DNA of 62,273 bases, counting the filler, from Chiloscyllium plagiosum (lineage: Eukaryota): the NCBI RefSeq assembly GCF_004010195.1. It is 5 parts of one record of this genome, joined end to end, with 100 filler letters (N's around TTAATTAATTAA, not from the genome) between each part and the next. Parts side by side here need not be neighbours in the genome. Positions count along the whole stretch, not along the records: positions 58,903 to 62,273 come from NC_057710.1; 4 more parts are not named here. One strand, written 5' to 3'. The position numbers and the translations under genes are program-made. Every line of letters begins with the position of its first letter. The stretch's first letter is position 1. Positions 62,201 through 62,273 of this stretch are shown here, in pieces. The notes under the pieces were generated by a model. It had not been told where the DNA came from. It made no database searches and saw only the letters and a list, made by a program, of their open reading frames with translations.

Positions 62201-62273
62201 GGTGGGGATGGAGGTGATAGGTCAGAGAGGAGGGTGGAGGGGATAGGCGGGAAGGGAGATTGGTAGGTAGGGC
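59233..62273 (-). mobile_element. Long Neptune-type Penelope element (N-terminal region and RT, 3'-truncated) with upstream terminal repeat 61985-62273 and nested mini-insertion 60137-60259
   Basis: LAELVLSLNNFSF...KGVAMGARVGPSYA...RYINDCIG...YKPTDSH; FYLLPKIHKPD; TSD aggtgggaatag at 60125-60136 and 60260-60271. Confidence 0.9.

Overview
Repeat-dense, essentially gene-free vertebrate genomic DNA. The repeat repertoire (HE1-type V-SINEs, Deu-domain SINE remnants, many CR1 subfamilies, Neptune-type Penelope elements) points to a cartilaginous fish, probably a shark. Most of the window is nested, decayed retroelements: CR1, L2, RTE, Rex1/Babar, Tx1, two Penelope families, tRNA-SINEs and solo/ERV-like LTRs. 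There are several assembly gaps, four with an artificial TTAATTAATTAA linker. No intact host gene was found. The main non-TE feature, missed by the ORF track, is an intronless, frameshifted dipeptidyl-peptidase-2 (DPP7, peptidase S28) pseudogene at about 11341-12915. It runs on from an upstream array of ~84-bp (28-aa) Thr/Ser/Pro-rich mucin-like repeats (10566-11240), suggesting a dead chimeric mucin-stalk/DPP7 retrogene. Also notable are many short Penelope-terminal-repeat insertions with 10-16 bp target-site duplications, several palindromic and several carrying minimal hammerhead-ribozyme cores. Family assignments come from manual translation and recalled consensus sequences, not database searches. 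Boundaries of old elements are approximate.
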